In this document: one piece after another, positions 42,640-58,542 of the stretch | How the letters are laid out: each line of letters opens with the position of its first letter | How positions within the stretch are numbered: the stretch's first letter is position 1 | Source: the human T2T-CHM13v2.0 reference genome, Homo sapiens | Assembly: GCF_009914755.1 (NCBI RefSeq) | Contig: NC_060934.1 | Direction: 5' to 3' (one strand) | DNA length: 64,000 nt | Notes under the pieces: generated by a model | The model's input: the letters and a program-made list of their open reading frames with translations, nothing else | Database searches by the model: none | What the model was told of the DNA's origin: nothing | Translations under genes and position numbers: made by a program

Positions 42640-43341
42640 TCATGTCCAGCTTTTAAGAATTTTATTCCTTCTTCTATGTCTTTCCACTTAACATTTCCTA
42701 AAATCCCCGAGTTCTTCATCATTCCTTTATGAAAGACCGGTGGGAACGAGGTCTTCAGAGAGCGGGGTGGGGGGGGGGGAAGAGGAGCAGGGGTGAGGGG
42801 CCGCCATTGGGTCTTAGTTGTGCTCCTGCATCACCTGCTTCCTAGTGTTGGCACGGGCTGTGTTTGATGGGTAATTCATCCATTAGAGTGACCATAGCGT
42901 AAGGTCCTGGAACCAGAGCTGTGCGTCCACCCTTCGAGTTGAAGAGTCCAGGCACTGCTGAGCCCAGCCATGGGAGAGATGAGCGAGGACCTTCCACAGG
43001 TGTGAGGCCAAGGGGGCGGGAGGCTCTGTCCTGCCAGGAATAAATGGAATCAGGTGGGAGGCTCTGTCCTGCCACGAATAAATGGAATCAGGTGGGAGGC
43101 AAGCCAGGCCCTTTTCCTGGGAGGTGCCAGAGCCGAGGAGGAGTTGGAGGAGGAAGAGCGTCCGAGCAAGAGCACTGGTGGGACTGCTACCAAGGTTCAG
43201 GAACAGGAGCCTCCGAGTGCTGCCAGACAGGTGGGAGGTCCCTGGGGCATGGCCGGGAGCTCAGGGGAACTTGGGTTTTCTTCCAGTAGCCCTGGGAACC
43301 TGGAGGAACGCGGTCATATTCGTGCTTTAGAAGAGAACATT

Positions 43342-43686
<345 letters not shown>

Positions 43687-44806
43687 TCAAAGTGTAGAAA
43701 GAAATAACAAGTGTGAAACTCGCACAGCCCAACAGCAAGGCACCGTCCCCATACCCAGCTCTCCAACGGGGTGGGGCTCTTGTGGCTGTTACTTCATTTG
43801 TTTTTTTTCTAAACAAGAAGAATATATTCATAAATTATTTGCATAAAAGCAAATGAAAGAGAAAAAGCTGTTGTAATCCTTCTGGCCACAGTGTGGCTCA
43901 TGTCAGAGGGAGTCAGGGAGTCGGGGGTAATGTTGGGAGCAGGTGTTGGTTGTATGGGCAGGAGCCAGCAAGGGTGTTAGCAGCATTCAGCGCCAGAGAC
44001 AGAGAAGAAAGTTGTGCTGTTCGGCAAGAGAGAGGTTACAGCGGGAGGAGGAAATGATCAGGGTGAGATGACCTGCATTTTGAAATGCTGAGTTTGATGT
44101 TCTTGAGAGATGGCCACTAGTTAATCAGTAGGTCATTCGAATTCTTTGTGTTATAAGCTAGGTTTGAATATAAAGTAAATAAGACTATGTAATATATATA
44201 TACACACATACATATACATACATGTTAGATACATAGTAAACATGCATTTACCTCTAAAATATGTATCCCCAAGGTTTTTCAGCCAAATAGATACTCTCAT
44301 TCAGAATTGTCAACTTTCAGAGGCAATGGTGACTCCAGCATCGCTGACCTGGCCCAATGTAATTGAAGATTTTTCTAAGCATCTTCTGAGCCGGTCACCG
44401 TCCAAGTGCACATAGCCTGCCTCTGTCACAGATGCCCCTGCAGGACCACAGTCCTTTCATTTGTGGTTTATTGACTGGAAACATCACTGGCTTCATGGCC
44501 CACGAACTGCAGCATCTTTAGTTCTGACAGCTGTTTCTGAAACTTAACTTTGCAGAGGAGGAAGCTTGGTGCTCTCAGGTGTGTTTGGGAGCAAAGGCAC
44601 TGAAGGCTCAGGTGTTCCTCATCCTTAAGCAGCAGCGCTGCATGGCTGTGGGTGCGGCCCTCGTGCCTTTTCACTCCTCTCCCGATGGGCCTGAGCTTGT
44701 TAGCCACGACAGAAAGACAGACCCTCCAGGCCCAGAGGTGGTTCCGAGACACTAGTGGCTTCAGCTCCCCCAAATCCAGCGGCAGTGGAGAGCTAGGTGG
44801 AGGCTA

Positions 44807-44955
44807 ACAGACTTATGATACATTGTAAGCAGACTTATATGATGATACATTGTAAGCAGACTTATATGATACATTGTAAATAGACTTATGATACATTGTA
44901 AACAGACCTACATGATGATACATTGTAAACAGACTTATATGATGATACATTGTAT
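44807..44955. repeat. 22/27-bp AT-rich minisatellite, ~6 copies
   Basis: Unit cagacttat(atgat)gatacattgtaa. Confidence 0.9.
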
Positions 44956-45483
44956 AACACTGTTCTTCTCAAGGGGGGCCTCCCTTTATCTTCATGAGGT
45001 ATGGTTATTTGTAATATGCTGGTTTATTTTAACTTTACTGATAATAAAATTGCATGACTTGTTTTCTGTTGAAGCCCATTGCCTTTTTTTTTTTTTTTTT
45101 TTTTTACAGTGGTAGTTGGTGATGTGATACTCCATTTTTCATCTCCTTCTCAAATCACACACACACAGAATTTGGCTAGCTGCAAATAAACCCCTATTCT
45201 GTACTTCGTTTTGCAGTTGAATGGAGTGGCCTACAAATTCGTACCAAGTCCAGGCAGTGATGTTTTGAACAGAAAGTAGCCTGGGCATGGGGGTACCTTG
45301 CGTTACGTTGGCTGTTTCTTTTAGTCCTTACCCTAATCCCAGAGGAGTGTGTGTACCCATTTCTCATATTAGGAAATGAGGCATTGAGAGGTTAGGAAAC
45401 GGACCCATGGTCATGGGTAATTAGTGGCAGAGCCAGAATTACCCCGGGCTCTTCAGTGACTCTTGCTCCTGTTTCCACTGCAG

Positions 45484-45557
45484 GTATGAACGCTGCCGTC
45501 CGTGCCGTGGTGCGCATGGGTATCTACGTGGGGGCCAAGGTGTACTTCATCTACGAG
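45484..45557 (+). CDS. PFKP: PFKP coding exon 2 ([25 protein letters not shown])
   Basis: Acceptor cttgctcctgtttccactgcag|GT; donor GAG|gtcagt; 74 nt, continues the exon 1 frame with the PFK motif [11 protein letters not shown]. Confidence 0.98.
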
Positions 45558-45808
45558 GTCAGTGTCTGCCCCTCACCCCCTGTCGCCCTTCTTCCACCTG
45601 CCCAGAGCCCTGCAGTCACCGGCGCTCGCTCACCCCTGCCTCCCCCATGCTGAGCACAGCCGAAGAGGTGGGCAGGGGAGCAAGATCCTGCCAGCCAGGG
45701 CCGTTCCTCAGCCCACAGAAGCCCCTGGTCTGCAGGGACAGATGCCTGGTCTGCAAGTTTTTTGTTAGGCAAGAGGAGAAAGGAGATGAGAGGGAGCCCA
45801 AAAAGCCA

Positions 45809-47033
<1,225 letters not shown>

Positions 47034-47776
47034 AACTGTTGCTTTAAATGTCAACATACTGTCTTGTTGAATTGATGTCTCATCATTTATGATGGACCCT
47101 GTATTCCACCATTCCTGTGGTATTGCACTATTTAGCTTTCTCCCCGTTTTTTAAGCTATTGTAACACTGCAAGATCTATGTTAATATTCAAAGCGATTTG
47201 ATGTTTTGTATTATTTAATACCTTGGTCCTAATATCAGGCACCGACTGAGCTAAAAGGGACAGTCATCATGATGGCTTGGGATGCCTCTTGCCTAAGTAA
47301 TTCCTGAAACCTGTCCAGCCTCGTCCCAGCCCCGCGCAGGGAAGGCGGTGCTCTAGCTCCCATGATGATGCTGTGTGCCGCTGTGTGCGGCGGCCTTCTG
47401 AGCACTGGCAGGTTTCCCCTGTCTGCTTTCTAAGCCATGTTTCCCTTTGGTGAAATGGTTGCTACTATTATTCTTTGCTCATTTATCTGTGTATCCATTT
47501 GTTTATCATTTGCTGGAAAGAGGTTTTTTTGTTCGTGTTATTGTTGTTTGCTTTTATTCAATTAAACTGGTTACGTGGTTATTGTTTGTATTTATGCGAT
47601 TTGGGCAATTTTAACGGAGGGTCTAGCTGTAGCATTCCCAGGCTGTTGTTTTTATCATTTTATATTTGGGTGTTTTTAAGGTCAGATTGCCCTCCTGAGT
47701 TTCCCTGCCTGGACCCTGGCCCTGGCGGCAGCTGCCCCTTGCTCAGGGATGTGGAATGAGCACAGTAGATGCGGTC

Positions 47777-49095
47777 TCCAGCACAGTCCTCCAGCCCCTC
47801 CCCAGGAGAGTCCTCCAGCCCCTCCCCAGGAGAGTCCTCCACCCCCTCCCCAGGAGAGTCCTCCATCTCCTCCCCAGTACAGTCTTCCACCTCGTCCCAA
47901 GCACGGTCCTCCACCCCCTCCCCAGCACGGTCCCCCACTTCACTCTCCAGCACGGTCCCCCACTCCACTCTCCAGCACGGTCCCCCATTCCCTCCCCAGC
48001 ACGGTCCCCCACTCCCTCCCCAGCACAGTCCCCCACTCCCTCCCCAGCACAGTCCCCCACTCCCTCCCCAGCACAGTCCGCCACTCCACTCTCCAGCACA
48101 GTCCCCCACTCCCTCCCCAGCACAGTCCCCCACTCCCTCCCCAGCACAGTCCCCCACTCCACTCTCCAGCACAGTCCCTCACCCCCTCCCCAGCACAGTC
48201 CCTCACCCCCTCCCCAGCACAGTCCCCCACCCCCTCCCCAGCACAGTCCCCCACCCCCTCCCCAGCACAGTCCCCCACTCCACTCTCCAGCACAGTCCCC
48301 CACTCCACTCTCCAGCACAGTCCCCCACTCCACTCTCCAGCACAGTCCCCCACTCCACTCTCCAGCACAGTCCCCCAAACCCTCCCCAGCACAGTCCCCC
48401 AACCCCTCCCCAGCACAGTCCCCCAACCCCTCCCCAGCACAGTCCCCCAACCCCTCCCCAGCACAGTCCCCCAACCCCTCCCCAGCACAGTCCCCCACTC
48501 CACTCTCCAGCACAGTCCCCCACTCCCTCCCCAGCACAGTCCCCCACTCCCTCCCCAGCACAGTCCCCCACTCCCTCCCCAGCACAGTCCCCCACCCCTT
48601 CCCCAGCACAGTCCCCCACCCCTTCCCCAGCACAGTCCCCCACCCCTTCCCCAGCACAATCCCCCACCCCTTCCCCAGCACAGTCCCCCACCCCTTCCCC
48701 AGCACAGTCCCCCACCCCTTCCCCAGCACAGTCCCCCACTCCACTCTCCAGCACAGTCCCCCACTCCACTCTCCAGCACAGTCCCCCACTCCACTCTCCA
48801 GCACAGTCCCCCACTCCACTCTCCAGCACAGTCCCCCACTCCACTCTCCAGCACAGTCCCCCACTCCACTCTCCAGCACAGTCCTCCACCCCCTCCCTAG
48901 CACAGTCCTCCACCCCCTCCTCAGCACAGTCCCCCACTCCACTCCCCAGCACAGTCCTCCACCCCCTCCCCAGGAGAGTCCTCCACCCCCTCCCCAGCAC
49001 TGTCCTCCACCCTGGGCCAAAGCACTGTCCTCCACCCTGGGCCAAAGCATTGTCCTCCGCCCCCTCCCCAGCATTGTCCTCCACCCTGCCCCCAG
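47777..49095. repeat. 24/25-bp C-rich VNTR, ~50-55 copies, intron 2
   Basis: Units cagcacagtcccccactccctccc (24 bp) and cagcacagtcccccactccactctc (25 bp), plus variants. Confidence 0.97.
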
Positions 49096-49679
49096 CGCTG
49101 GAATTTGCACACAGACTTCCAGAAGTGGCGGTCACCTGCACCTGACGAAGGCCAGCTTAGTTTCCGCTGCTGCTGGAGCATATACATGTGCATACTGAAT
49201 TTGTTCCCTCTGCCTTTTTTTGGGTGGGCGGGGGAGAGGGTGGGTGTGATCTGCCTTGGACTTTGGGAGACAGTACCACACCCGTCCTGAGAGCTGCTCT
49301 TAGTACAGAAATGTGGTTTTAAAAGCTGTTTGGGGATGGAGTATCCTGGGAGGAGGTTTTTCTGTTATAATTCGCAAAATGTTTTTAAATTCATGAAGAC
49401 TTGTAGTTCACAGAATGTTTCCCAGGATGCCTTGTGATTTTCACGGCTGCTCCTGTTCCCGCGGCCCTGACGCTGTTGTGTGTTGAGTGGAAGTTAGTTC
49501 CCTCACAGAAGTGGCGGCCTGAACACTCACAGGGACTCTGGGTGCAGAGGAAAGGAAGGAAATCACTTCTCTTATTTCACAGATAAACTGACTTACCTTA
49601 GTTCACTTTCTCCGCGTCACCACTCAGCATGTTCAGGGCCAGGAACAGAGTTCGGTCCCCGACCCCTGGCCTCTAGCCG

Positions 49680-49885
49680 GGAGTAGGGAGTGATTTACCC
49701 CCTTAGGACGTTTACCAGTGTTTGGAGGCATTTTTTGATTGTGCCATTATTGAAAGGATTGCCCCTGGAATGTACTGGGGAGAGGCCAGTGATGCTACCG
49801 CACATCCTACGATGGACAGGACCACACCCCACAAAGAATGGTCCAGACCCAAATGTTGGTAGAAACAAGGCCGAGGGACCCTGCA
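49680..49885. mobile_element. MER20 DNA transposon (opposite-orientation copy at ~53830-54035)
   Basis: gaggccagtgatgct...catcctacgatggacaggac...caaagaatggtccagacccaaatgt resembles MER20. Confidence 0.7.
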
Positions 49886-50208
49886 CTAAACCAAGCGCAC
49901 ACTGTGTTTGGTTTGAATGTTGTTAGTTGGGGAGGGGTGGGGAGTGAGGCCGAGGGGAGTGTGAGGGCCTAATCTTGGATGCAGTCCCTGGCCCACTTTA
50001 ATCTCTCTTGATGTAAGGGTTGTGTTTTTGTGGCGATTGTCGGGTGTCTGATTTTTATTGGTCACTGTGTGCTGTAGTCGCCCGTCTGTTTCCTGGTGGG
50101 ATTCAGATGTCCTCAGACCTGTGCCTGCTGTCTGTGTGGTATGTACCAGAATTAAGGAGTTGGTATGGAACACACTGGGAGGCCTACCCCAGAGGCCCTG
50201 GGCTTTCT

Positions 50209-50497
<289 letters not shown>

Positions 50498-51220
50498 CAG
50501 AGGCCCTGGGCTTTCTTGAGAGGTAAAACCCATATGTTCTCTCTGTCTCAGCTGGGAGGGCTGGGGCTCTGAGGCCCATCCATGTGACTCCATGGCCGCA
50601 GGTGCTGTCTGGACGAGGTCTGGACAACCTTGTCTGGCGGGGACAGCGCCTCTTCCTGCCCCTGCCCTCGGTGGGGAAGGAGGGGTTCTGATTCTGAGAT
50701 CTCATTTCCTTTAGGGAAATTCAAGGAATTTCTGCAATTCTTCTGCTGAGATGTGGCCAAAATAAATCCTTGTGTGCAAATGGTGTTTTGGGGGAATTCT
50801 AATTTTTATGATAACTTTTATAGTAAGTGGCACCTTCGAAGCTGTCTAGGAGCAGAGCTGAATGGACTGTTTATGAATTTTGGCACAAAGAATGATCAGG
50901 CTTTTGGAATTATCTTACTGAGGAAGATAGGAGCAGCCTGGGGATCAGCTCATTTGAGCCCAAATTTCCTCTCTGGCACCCTCCCCACCTGCCCCAGAAG
51001 GTGGGAAATCCTAGTGAACGGGTCCATTTCTTCACCTTCCTCCAGTGTAGCCCAGGCACCTACCTCTGGGCGTCTTGGGAACATAAATTCTCATGGACCC
51101 TCAGACCGCCAGGACTTTGTATGAGTGGTGGGTTCTATAACCAGCTGTAGCAATAAATGTTGAATCCATTTATGGTATCATCATTTTGCTGTTACAGATA
51201 TAAAAATCCTGTATCTTTCA

Positions 51221-51223
<3 letters not shown>

Positions 51224-51253
<30 letters not shown>

Positions 51254-51667
51254 ACTTTAAGTTCTAGGGTACATGTGCACAACGTGCAGGTTTGTTACCT
51301 ATGTATACATGTGCCATGTTGGTTTGCTGCACCCATTAACTCGTCATTTACATTAGGTATATCTCCTAATGCTATCCCTCCCCCCTCCCCCCACCCCACA
51401 ACAGGCCCGGGTGTGTGATGTTCCCCTTCCTGTGTCCATGTGTTCTCATTGTTCAATTCCCACCTATGAGTGAGAACATGTGGTGTTTGGTTTTTTGTCC
51501 TTGCGATAGTTTGCTGAGAATAATGGTTTCCAGCTTCATCCACGTCCCTACAAAGGACATGAACTCATCCTTTTTTAATGGCTGCATGGTATTCCATGGT
51601 GTATATGTGCCACATTTTCTTAATCCAGTCTATCACTGATGGGCATTTGGGGTGGTTCCAAGTCTTT
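51224..51667 (-). mobile_element. L1PA (approx. PA4-6) 3' end
   Basis: Poly(T) then reverse L1 3'UTR; near-TSD tctttcattct / tctttaattct. Confidence 0.92.
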
Positions 51668-51869
51668 AATTCTAAGATAGAAAACACACTAAAATCTGTG
51701 AGTGTTTTCCTAACTGGGCAGCAAAGCCCCGGCTGACCTGGAGCGCGTTGCCTGGGGGTGATCCCGTCACCCAGCCGAGGTGACGGCTCACACCTTTCTT
51801 TGCAGGGGTGGGTTTGATGCCGTGCACTCCCAAGGGCCCAGAGTATGGGTGCAGTAACACTCACTGCTT

Positions 51870-53445
<1,576 letters not shown>

Positions 53446-54773
53446 CTGCTTTTTAAAATCCCAAGTCTTCTGAGTCCCGGCCTGCCTCTCAGACCTGGGT
53501 TTTGGGTGAGCCATCGTGGGCCTGCAGGACGTACTGCAGTGACTGTGGATGCATAAATCAACCTTTCGTTTCTGTGTGCTCATCTGTGCAGTAGAAATGG
53601 TGTTTGCCCTCCTGTCTCCCTGGTAGAAAGGACTTGGAAAAGTCTGAGACTAACGGGGCAGAGGAGCTGTTTGACTGCTTTTCAGGGATGAGACGCGCAT
53701 GCCTTTGACTCCATGGGTGTGTGGCCAGGTAGGGAAACGGGGTCTGCACCTGAACACATCTATTCACAGATGGCTCTGCACTGAAGAGGCTCAGCCCCCT
53801 CCCCGGGCTGGTCTCTGCGTCATACCCACAGGCTGGGCTTCTCTCTGAGTGTCAGGGCGATGGCATCTGGGGTGGGCAATTCTTGGTGGGCGGTCCTTTG
53901 ACTCTCAGGATGCGGAGCAGCACCCCTGTGTCCACCTACCCCATAGTCATGACAGTCAAAGATGTCCTTACAGTATCTCCAACATCGGCGAATGTCCTAT
54001 GGGGGGAAAATCACTCTTTTGGGGGACCGCTGTTCTAGACCTATTTGGGCTCAAATTGAGGGGATATTATGTTTTATTTTTTTAAGTATGACTCAGTAAT
54101 TTATCCAACAGATTTTTTTCACCTATACTCTAGTTTCTAACCTAGAGCTCTCTGGGTTACCAACAGACCAGGACAGTTAAACAGGTTACTATTAATTAAA
54201 GGGGTTTGTTTTTTCCTTCAGTAGTGCATGTGTGAAGAAAGTATTAACCTGGGAACAGTGGCGTTTCTGCTGAAAGCCTGGCCTTCATCGAGGGACCTCT
54301 GCTGTCTGGCCGCTGCTTGAGCTCCTATAAACCTGGGCCAAGCCTACGTGTGAAGCATGCCAAGCCTTGGGCTGCATTCCAGGGAGACTCGGGGAGGGTT
54401 TGCCAGTTAACCCATTCCTTTCTACCTGGTGAACCAATTGTTGCTTCTTTCTTTTTTCTCTTAAGCTAAGGTTTTTCCTTAGAAGCCTACAAATGGCTTT
54501 AGCTTCTTGGAGATGATGATACTAAGTATATCAGATGCTTTGACCCAAAGGCCATGCCCAGGGTAAACTACCCTGGCTCTGGTGGGTCAAAACCAAGCTG
54601 GGGCGAGTCAGTTGGTTAATCCAGGGCTGCCACTGTGGCTGCAGGAAACAGTCGGCTCCTTGCATTTGGTTTCATTCATGAATTTCATATCCTGTGGTTG
54701 AATATTCTTCTGCAGATTTCAGAAATTGTTCATATTATTATAGCTCTTCAAATATGACTCACTTAAGATTCTT

Positions 54774-55042
54774 GCCGAGCACCGTGGCTCATACTTGTAG
54801 TCCCAGTACTTTGGGAGGCTGAGGCGGATGGATCCTTTGAGGTCAGGAGTTAAAGACCAGCGCGGCCAACATGACGAAACTCCGTCTCTACTAAGAACAC
54901 AACAGGTAGCTGGGCGTGGTGTAATCCTTGGAAGGCTGAGGCTTGAACTCAGGAGGTGGAGGTTGCAGTGAACCTAGATTGCGCCACTGCATTCCAGCCT
55001 GGGTGACAGAGCGAGACTGTGTCAAAAAAGAAAAAGAAAAAA
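54774..55042 (+). mobile_element. AluS with internal deletions
   Basis: Alu consensus. Confidence 0.85.
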
Positions 55043-55564
55043 GTCTTTTATCTTAATTTTTTGTTTGTTTTAAAGTTTGGTTCTGCTCTAGACAGCTGTT
55101 TGTAAACAATATCAGAGCTGTCTTTGTCATAGTCCACACCCTAAAGAAAGGCTAGGAATAATTCTGATCATTTTATCGCTAGTTTTTTCCATGATTAAAA
55201 ATAACACATTCAAAAGGTGTCAGATAAGTGATGCCTTTTTATGTTGAAAGGATAAAGGGTGTTGGTACAGCATCAGCATCCAGCCTCTGGTCTTCCCAGA
55301 TGTGCTGCCATGGAGCCTGTGCCACCTGACCCCCGCCACCGGCCCCCAAGCTTAGCTCAGGTGCCCGAGGGTCTCCATCTCCCCATGGCCCCCGGTCAGC
55401 AGCCCTGTCCCTGCACCCAGACTGGCCAACCCTTCTGAGCTTGAAATATCAGCATGTGATCTTAGCTTCCCTTGTTTCAGCCCTGAGCATTACAGCTTGA
55501 CTTACTATACCAATAAACAAACCATTAACTTATCAATGAATTGATTGGCATCATGCTTCCCTTC

Positions 55565-55925
55565 TTTAGTTGGTCTCGTGGAGGTAGAGAGGAGGATGTA
55601 GATAGCAGAGGCTGGGAAGGGGGTGTGGACAGGAGGGGATGCAGAGAGGTGGATGGGTGCAAACATATGCTTAGATAGGAGTAGGTTCCAGTGTTGATAG
55701 CGGAGTAGGCTGGCTGTGTTAGCAACAGTGTATTATATTAATGTATTTCAGAGCAGCTGGGGGAGAGGACTGGAAATGTTCTGAATGGGTTGAAGTTAAA
55801 AATACCCAGGGTGACAGACACCCCAGTACCCTAATTTGGTCATTACAGGTTCTGTGCATGCAACAGATACTCACATGTACCCCACAAATATGTAAAATTA
55901 TATGTGTCAATAAAATTGAAAAAAT
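55565..55925 (+). mobile_element. L1MA 3' end fragment
   Basis: gtagagaggaggatg...agaggctgggaagg...cacatgtaccccacaaatatgta...aataaaa. Confidence 0.75.
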
Positions 55926-56142
55926 ATGGGGAAAAAAACCTTTCCCTTCCTGATAGAAACCCTTCATTCTTCATTAGCCATAGGAAATATTTCTTTTGGG
56001 TTAAAATGAAGCTCCTGCTTTTACAATTTTTAAAGTGAGAAATCTCACACTTGTGACCCAAAATAAACACCTTTTCCCCAGAAGTGCTGGTGCTCCCCTG
56101 TCTGAGGAAGGGGGTGTGGGGGACCTCTCCTAATCTGGAGGA

Positions 56143-56368
56143 TGCCTGAGCTGCTGGGATGTGTAGATGGGGGTGGCCACGGAAGCCTGAGCTCCTGGGA
56201 TGTGTGGATGGGGGTAGGGGGGTGGCCATGGAAGCCTGAGCTCCTGCTCCTGGGATGTGTGGAAGGGGGTGGCCACAGAAGCCTGAACTCCTGGGATGTG
56301 TGGATGGGGGTGACCACGGAAGCCTGAGCTCCCGCTCCTGGGATGTGTGGAAGGGGCTGGCCGTGGAA
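56143..56368. repeat. Variable 40-50-bp G-rich minisatellite, ~5 copies
   Basis: Unit ggaagcctgagctcctgggatgtgtggatgggggtggccac. Confidence 0.85.
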
Positions 56369-56757
56369 ACTAGTTGGCAAGACAAAGAGCAGGTGATAGC
56401 ATTGGCCCTGACTTCTGGGACTGTGTCTGATTTTTTTTTTTTTAAATCTCTGTCTCACCCCTCCCATCCCTGACTGTCACCCCCACCTTCCCCCAACAGT
56501 GTTGAAAGACCAAGCAAGGTTGTCCACATCCCGTTCAGTCACATCTCTTTGATGTTTTAAACATAACTATTTCTGCCCATTAACTTCCTTGAAGTGAAAA
56601 CTACTCAACCACTCCACTTCTGTCTAAAAATAAGTGATGCTTGAGCACAGCACTGTGCAGTTTCTTACGTGTAGCTGTTCCCGACCTGACTCTACAGGGT
56701 CTTTACCAGAGCCCATGCCTTCCACTAACACGCGTGCGTGCTCACCGAGCTGGCTGA

Positions 56758-57180
<423 letters not shown>

Positions 57181-58474
57181 GTCGTAGCATTATCTTTTAT
57201 TACATGTTTATATGCCAGCCAGGTCCCATGCTGAATTCTTCATGTATGATCTGCCTTCATCCCACCACCATTTACACCATTGCCTGTGGCTTCAGACAAT
57301 CTAGTTTCAGTGAACATTTCAAACTGCAGAAGAGCACCATCTCCCTTCACCACCACCTCCCCACCACTGTGGTCAGCTGAATGAGCCTCAAGGTGGGGTT
57401 TGCTGTAAGGTCACTGCCAGGCCAGTGCTTGGGACCCTCTCTCTACAGGGGAGGAAGGGCGACCGGCCTCGCTCCTGCTGGGGCTGTTGGTTGTACAACT
57501 TACCGGAATTGTGCACTCTTAGCTTTGGCTTAAAGAAATCTGTGATGCCAGAGGGCTAAATACATCATGCTGTTGCATTATTGGTCTTCCAAAGAAGCAA
57601 GTGCAGGACCACATGATGGTGTGTCGTGTTCTAACCTATTTTAGAATTTTACAGTTGACTGAGTCTCCCAAGAAGAAATCCTGAGGCTGCTCTATAGAAA
57701 TTTTCTATCAAGTAATGAAATCAGTGAGGGTGCTTTGCTGGGGTGATTGGTAGGGTCTCTGGACAAGAGCGTTCCTTCAGAGTGTTGGTGGGGAGGTGAG
57801 CAGGGCTTGGGATGTGTGTTGGTGTGGGGCTGTTTAATCTCAGGCTCTGCCTCTGAATTTCCTAGAGACAGGATAAAGCCACGATTCCTGGCCTTTGAAA
57901 ACCATTGACATAGTGAAATTCCTGCCGCCTCTCTTTCTCGCACACCTAGTTTGGAACGCTGGTGTTTCCCAAGTCTAAGCCTAGAGAGCCGTTCAGAGCT
58001 GACCTCTGCATGCATGCTCTGAATTCTAAAAGTGAAATGCTTTAATTTATTAAGGAATGTTGTAGCTTTAGGTTCTGTGGGGGAGGGAAAAGGATTAAAC
58101 TAGGGAAAGCTTGATTCTGTAGGAAACAAAAAAAATAGTATTTACTCAGAAGCAGCAAAGCCCCTACATCTCTGGATGCAGTAACTATGTCTGCAGGAAG
58201 CTGGTGATAACACTATCTGGAAGGCACTTTTAAAGTCTGTTATCTCTAGGAGCTTGTTTTATTCTGGTAGTTGGAATGTTCACCATTTGGAGTTAGTTGA
58301 GTGAAGAATTCAGGAAATCAGATTGGAAAAAAGCATTATCCAGTTGAGAAGACACATGGACCCATGCAACAAGCATTCTGAAAGAAAAAGCCTACTGCTG
58401 CAACACAACGGTATAATTTCCCTTTGTCTGTAACTTTAAAAAAAAAAACTTACATATGAGACGTCCGAGAAAGC

Positions 58475-58542
58475 CGCGCATAGGTGAACTACGCGCATAG
58501 GTGAACTACGCGCATAGGTGAACTACGCGCATAGGTGAACTA
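58475..58542. repeat. Perfect 17-bp tandem repeat x4 (CGCGCATAGGTGAACTA)
   Basis: Four identical copies starting at 58475, 58492, 58509 and 58526. Confidence 0.96.

Noticed and set aside
45456-45653. ORF track entry extending exon 2 on both sides
   Set aside because: The flanking residues are intronic; canonical splice sites delimit 45484-45557.
47660-49198. 300-480 aa ORFs on both strands (PQHSPP / GDCAGE repeats)
   Set aside because: Translation of the stop-poor 24/25-bp VNTR; open in nearly all frames and intronic.
58475-58542. CRISPR-like reading of this and other tandem repeats
   Set aside because: Head-to-tail units with no unique spacers, no cas genes, human context.
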